DNA of 64,000 nucleotides from an uncultured Acidobacteriota bacterium (GTDB lineage Bacteria; Acidobacteriota; Thermoanaerobaculia; UBA5066; Gp7-AA6): NCBI GenBank assembly GCA_963825175.1, contig CAWGSA010000002.1, positions 2,339,044 to 2,403,043 of the forward strand, read 5' to 3'. Shown piece by piece: positions 59,646 to 64,000 of this stretch (position 1 is its first letter; each line of letters starts with the position of its first letter). The notes under the pieces were generated by a model. It saw only the letters and a program-made list of their open reading frames with translations, ran no database searches and was not told where the DNA came from. The position numbers and the translations under genes were made by a program.

Positions 59646-62222
59646 TTGTCGCTTGAACCCGGTTCACTTCTTGGTCCCTACGAGATCCTCGCGCCCCTCG
59701 GGGCTGGTGGCATGGGGGAGGTCTATCGGGCCCGGGACGAACGGCTGAAGCGCGACGTCGCGGTCAAGGTGCTGCCGGCTTCGTACTCGCAGGACGCGGA
59801 GCGGCTCCGGCGATTCGAGCGGGAAGCGCAGGCGGCGGGGGCCCTGAATCACCCAAACATCACGGCCGTCTACGACGTCGGCACGCACGACGGCGCCCCG
59901 TACGTGGTGTCGGAGCTGCTCGAGGGGGAGACGCTGCTCTCGGCTCTGGCGGGCGGGAAGCTGCCGCAGCGCAAGGCGGTCGACTACGCCCTCCAAATCG
60001 CGCACGGGCTGGCCGCGGCGCACGAGAAGGGGATCGTCCACCGGGACTTGAAGCCCGACAACCTGTTCGTCCTGAAGGACGGCCGGATCAAGATCCTGGA
60101 CTTCGGCCTGGCCAAGCTCACGCAGAACGAAGCCGGGCCCGAAGTCACGAATTTGCCGACGAAGACCGGCGGCACGGTGCCGGGTATGGTGCTCGGCACG
60201 CTCGGCTACATGTCTCCGGAGCAGGTCAAGGGCGAGCCCGCCGACGCCCGGTCGGACATTTTTTCGTTCGGGGCCATCCTCTACGAGATGCTCTCGGGCA
60301 AGAGAGCCTTCCACGGCGACTCGGCCGCGGAAACGATGTCCGCGATTCTGCGGGAAGAGCCGCCGGACATTTCAGTCACGAACCAGGGGATCTCGCCCGG
60401 CCTCGAGCGGATCGTCCGACACTGCATCGAAAAGAAACCCGAGCAGCGGTTCCATTCGGCGCACGATGTCGCGTTCGCCCTCGAGGCCCTGTCCGGGCTC
60501 TCGACCTCGGGCCTGCCGACCGTGCCCTTTTCTCCCGCGGTCAGGAAGCGCCGGCTCGTCCCGGCCGGGGTTGCCGTGCTCCTGGTTGGAACGGCCGCCG
60601 CGGCCTACTTTGCCGGGCGCCGGATGGAGAGCGCTTCCCGGAGCGGCGGCGCTTCTTTTCAGCAGTTGACCTTCAAGCAACAGGCGATCTTCAACGCCCG
60701 CTTCGCTCCCGACGGCCGGACGATCGTGTACAGCGCCGCCCTGCAGGGGAACACGCCGGACCTCTTCACGGTGCGGCCGGATTTCCCGGAGGCGAAGGCT
60801 CTGGGCCTGTCCGGCGTGCACCTGCTCTCCGTCTCGTCGCGCGGCGAGCTGGCGCTGCTGACGCACGCACGCTACATCTCGCACAACGTCTTCCAGGGCA
60901 CACTGGCCCAGATGCCGCTCGAGGGCGGGGCTCCGCGGGACGTCATCGAGAACGTACGGGAAGCGGACTGGTCTCCCGACGGTTCGAGCCTGGCAGTGAT
61001 CCGCGAAGTCGGCGGCAAGGATCGGCTGGAGTTCCCCGTTGGGAAGATCCTGTGCGAGACGGGCGGCTACTTCAGCGACCTGCGGTTCTCGCCGCGCGGC
61101 GGCCGGATCGCGTTCTTCGAGCACCCAGTCCGGTGGGACGACCGGGGGCTTCTGGCGGTCACCGATCTTCAGGGCAAGAAGACCGTGCTGGCCGATGGGT
61201 TCTGGGGTGAGGAGGGCCTGGTCTGGTCTACCGACGGGCAGGAGGTCCTGTTCTCGGCCGGCAACGCTTACAGTGACTTCTCTGTTTTAGCCGTGACGCT
61301 TTCGGGCCGCCGGCGGATAGCGCTCGAAAGCGCGGGAGGTCTGACGATCCACGATATGCGCCCGGACGGACGGTGGCTCGCCACACGGGACGACTTCGTG
61401 CAGGCGCTGCCGGTTCTTCCGCCGGGGCAGACCGCCGAGCGAGACCTGTCCTGGCTCGACCTCTCGGACCACCCTCTGCTTTCGGCGGACGGGAAGACAA
61501 TCCTCTTCACCGAGCAGAGCGGCAGTCTCGGCGCCAACTACGCGGTTTGCCTGCGCCGCACCGACGGTTCGGCCGTCGTTCGGCTGGGCGAGGGGACACC
61601 CGCAGATCTGTCGCCCGACGGGAAATGGGCTCTCGCGATCGTGCCCACGTCGCCGCAGCAGCTCGTCCTCTATCCCATCGGCGCCGGGGAAACGCGCCGG
61701 CTCGACCGCGGCGGGATCGAAAGCTACGAGTCGGCCATGTTCTTTCCCGACGGCCGTTCGGTGCTCTTCTGCGGCCACGAGCCCGCGCATGCGCCGCGCT
61801 GCTACGTCGAAGAGATTGCCGCAGGCAAGCCGCGGGCCGTCACGCCCGAAGGTACGACCCGAGGGATCCTTTCGCCGGATGCCCGCCAGATCCTCGTCCA
61901 AGGCGGCGGCGGCCTCGTCCTCTACCCCGTGGGCGGCGGCCAGGGGCGGCCCGTGCCCGGCACGACTCCCGACGATATTGCGATTCGTTGGAGCCGGGAC
62001 GGACGCTCGCTTCTCGTCTCCCGCGGGAATGATGTTCCCCTGCGAATCGAGCGCATCACTCTCCCGGCAGGCCGGCGCGATCCCGTGCGGACGATCGGAC
62101 CGGCGGACCTGAGCGGCGTGACCTCGGTCGGCGCTCCCTTTTTCGGAGAAGACGAGAAGAGCTACGCATATGTTTTCTCGAGGACCATCTCTCACTTGTT
62201 TCTCGTGGAGGGAGCTCGATGA
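59646..62222 (+). CDS. Second tandem Ser/Thr kinase with TM segment and PD40-like beta-propellers
   Basis: [29 protein letters not shown], repeated SPDG blades; TTG start. Confidence 0.95.
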   Translation: MSLEPGSLLGPYEILAPLGAGGMGEVYRARDERLKRDVAVKVLPASYSQDAERLRRFEREAQAAGALNHPNITAVYDVGTHDGAPYVVSELLEGETLLSALAGGKLPQRKAVDYALQIAHGLAAAHEKGIVHRDLKPDNLFVLKDGRIKILDFGLAKLTQNEAGPEVTNLPTKTGGTVPGMVLGTLGYMSPEQVKGEPADARSDIFSFGAILYEMLSGKRAFHGDSAAETMSAILREEPPDISVTNQGISPGLERIVRHCIEKKPEQRFHSAHDVAFALEALSGLSTSGLPTVPFSPAVRKRRLVPAGVAVLLVGTAAAAYFAGRRMESASRSGGASFQQLTFKQQAIFNARFAPDGRTIVYSAALQGNTPDLFTVRPDFPEAKALGLSGVHLLSVSSRGELALLTHARYISHNVFQGTLAQMPLEGGAPRDVIENVREADWSPDGSSLAVIREVGGKDRLEFPVGKILCETGGYFSDLRFSPRGGRIAFFEHPVRWDDRGLLAVTDLQGKKTVLADGFWGEEGLVWSTDGQEVLFSAGNAYSDFSVLAVTLSGRRRIALESAGGLTIHDMRPDGRWLATRDDFVQALPVLPPGQTAERDLSWLDLSDHPLLSADGKTILFTEQSGSLGANYAVCLRRTDGSAVVRLGEGTPADLSPDGKWALAIVPTSPQQLVLYPIGAGETRRLDRGGIESYESAMFFPDGRSVLFCGHEPAHAPRCYVEEIAAGKPRAVTPEGTTRGILSPDARQILVQGGGGLVLYPVGGGQGRPVPGTTPDDIAIRWSRDGRSLLVSRGNDVPLRIERITLPAGRRDPVRTIGPADLSGVTSVGAPFFGEDEKSYAYVFSRTISHLFLVEGAR

Positions 62223-62347
62223 GTCTGGGCCTCCCCGCGGCGACGACGGCGAGCAGAGCTCGGCCGGCTGGCTGCCGCCCTCCTGTCGGGGGGTTGCCCT
62301 CGCCTGACAAAGGAAGTACATTCGCCAGCGTCAAGGAGGTGCTCGCG

Positions 62348-62578
62348 ATGGATAACCATGCCCGAACTGTGGTTGACTCGACTTCCAGCTCAAAGGCGCG
62401 CCAGGGTCTTGCGAGCGCGCTCAAGGCGCGGGTGGATCTGTCGCTCGTCACCCAGAACGCCTCCCCGATCCGAGCGCACAACAAGAGCACCATCGACGGT
62501 CGGGCGCTTCCGAACCCGTCGGCACGGGCGCGAGCCCTGCGACTGGCCAAGCGCCTCGCCTCGAGCCATTCGCGCTAG
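62348..62578 (+). CDS. Candidate RiPP (triceptide-like) precursor, 76 aa
   Basis: AGGAGGT RBS; directly upstream of the radical SAM gene; contains HNK and terminal HSR. Confidence 0.55.
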   Translation: MDNHARTVVDSTSSSKARQGLASALKARVDLSLVTQNASPIRAHNKSTIDGRALPNPSARARALRLAKRLASSHSR

Positions 62579-62655
62579 CAGCGGCCTTCCAACTCTTTCG
62601 ATCGAGGGCTGGTGAGCGCTGCGCACCCCGGAGCGCTCTCTCTGGGTCTTTCGGA

Positions 62656-63864
62656 ATGACACCGCTGAGACCGGCTCTGCAATTCGTGCTCAAGGTTGCC
62701 TCGCGGTGCAACCTAAATTGCTCATATTGCTACGTCTACAACAAGGGCGACAGCACGTGGCGGTCCCGGCCAAGCATCATGCCGGCAGCCGTCATGACCG
62801 CCGCCGCCGGCCGGATCCGGCGATACTGCGAGTCCTCGGGCCAGGCGGTCGCGCAGATCGTCTTTCACGGCGGTGAGCCATGCCTCGCCGGAGCAGAGCG
62901 CCTCCGAGAGTGGTGCCGGGAGCTGCGGAACGAACTGGGCCGCATCGCCACTCCGCGCTTTTCCATTCAGACGAATGGCACGCTCGTGGACCGTGAGTGG
63001 ATCGAACTGTTCCGCGGCGAAGACATGCGGGTGGGAGTGAGCATCGATGGGCCCGCCGCCGTTCACGATGAATTTCGCGTGGACCACCTGGGCCGCGGCT
63101 CGCACGGCACCGTTGAAGAGGGTCTCAGACGCTTGCTCTCCGGCGGTGTTTCGCCACAAGTCCTGTCAGTCATTCCCTTGCACGGCGACGGCTTGCAGGT
63201 CTACGAGTACTTCAAGTCCCTCGGAGTTCGCCGAATCAGTTTCCTGCTGCCCGATTACACCCACGACACTAAGAGAATCGCCGTGACGCGAGCCGATGCG
63301 ACCCCGGTTGCGGACTTTCTCATGCCGATCGTCGAGAAATGGTGTCTCGCGGATTGGGAGAAGACGGACGTCCCGCTGTTCTGGCAGCTCGCCGAGCTCA
63401 TCCTCGGCGGTTCGAGCGGATCGGACCTCTTCGGCAACGAACCGTTGGGCATCGTGTTCGTGGAAGCAGATGGAGATATCGAGGGATTGGATGTCTTGCG
63501 GGTCTGCGGCGACGGCACGGCCGCTGCGGGCCTCTCGGTGCTGCGCGACGACTTCGAGCACATAGCGGCCGCCAGCGAGCTGCACGGGAGGGCGATGTTC
63601 GAGGGGCTTCGGCTTCCCTCGGCCTGTGAGGACTGCCCTGAGCGCGAGACCTGCGGCGGCGGCTACCTGCCGCACCGGTTCTCGAAGGAGCGCGGCTTCG
63701 ATAATGCATCGATATGGTGCGCGGACATTCTTCAGCTCTTTGGAAGAATGAGGACGTTGTTGGCTGTTTCCGTTGCGGAGACGGTTTCGCGGCGAGCGTT
63801 CTTGCGTCGGCTCGCGTCGGAGCGCGCGATCTCCGACCGCGCAGCGTCGCCGGCCCAGGGCTGA
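62656..63864 (+). CDS. Radical SAM/SPASM peptide maturase, FxsB-like (cyclophane-forming)
   Basis: LKVASRCNLNCSYCYVY, FHGGEP, QTNG, SIDG, CEDC..TCGGGYLPHRF..FDNASIWC. Confidence 0.88.
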   Translation: MTPLRPALQFVLKVASRCNLNCSYCYVYNKGDSTWRSRPSIMPAAVMTAAAGRIRRYCESSGQAVAQIVFHGGEPCLAGAERLREWCRELRNELGRIATPRFSIQTNGTLVDREWIELFRGEDMRVGVSIDGPAAVHDEFRVDHLGRGSHGTVEEGLRRLLSGGVSPQVLSVIPLHGDGLQVYEYFKSLGVRRISFLLPDYTHDTKRIAVTRADATPVADFLMPIVEKWCLADWEKTDVPLFWQLAELILGGSSGSDLFGNEPLGIVFVEADGDIEGLDVLRVCGDGTAAAGLSVLRDDFEHIAAASELHGRAMFEGLRLPSACEDCPERETCGGGYLPHRFSKERGFDNASIWCADILQLFGRMRTLLAVSVAETVSRRAFLRRLASERAISDRAASPAQG

Positions 63865-63948
63865 AACTCGAGGAGCCTTTCGTCCGCCGCGAGCGGACCG
63901 CAGACAACGGTTTCCGGCTCGCTCAGACTAGTACCTGCGCCTCTCACT

Positions 63949-63963
63949 GCAACCTCGGTGCCC
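63949..63963 (-). promoter_or_regulatory. Orphan sigma-54-like site nearly identical to the peptide promoters
   Basis: Minus strand reads GGGCAC-CGAGG-TTGC; 14 of 15 bases match the sites at 48554 and 56496. Confidence 0.5.
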
Positions 63964-64000
63964 GCTCTTGGAAAGTATCGAAACCGATTGCCCTGGGAGA

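Overview
GC-rich bacterial chromosomal window. Gene content suggests Acidobacteriota (Thermoanaerobaculia-like); this is an inference. 1-24.6 kb is mostly housekeeping: site-2 protease, dtd, murJ, ssb, nagZ, mutS, tsaB, rimI, psd/pssA, an NtrY-like kinase, hutU/hutH and purA, followed by tRNA-Lys(TTT). 24.7-39.3 kb is an accessory block of secreted/surface proteins, with five intact, frameshifted or deleted paralogs of a tail-fibre-like protein, an SBBP-repeat protein and an S8 protease. 39.6-45 kb holds membrane/transport genes. 45-64 kb is a second accessory block with three Ser/Thr receptor kinases, a giant Ig-repeat protein, a truncated tail-collar gene and an FxsB-like radical SAM with a candidate precursor. 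The most striking signal is four tiny genes plus one relic, mostly absent from the ORF track. Each encodes a basic, double-glycine-type leader fused to a short core resembling a segment of the T6SS tube protein Hcp. The three intact loci each have a sigma-54 promoter and lie beside Ser/Thr kinase genes. All family assignments come from motif recognition, not database searches.
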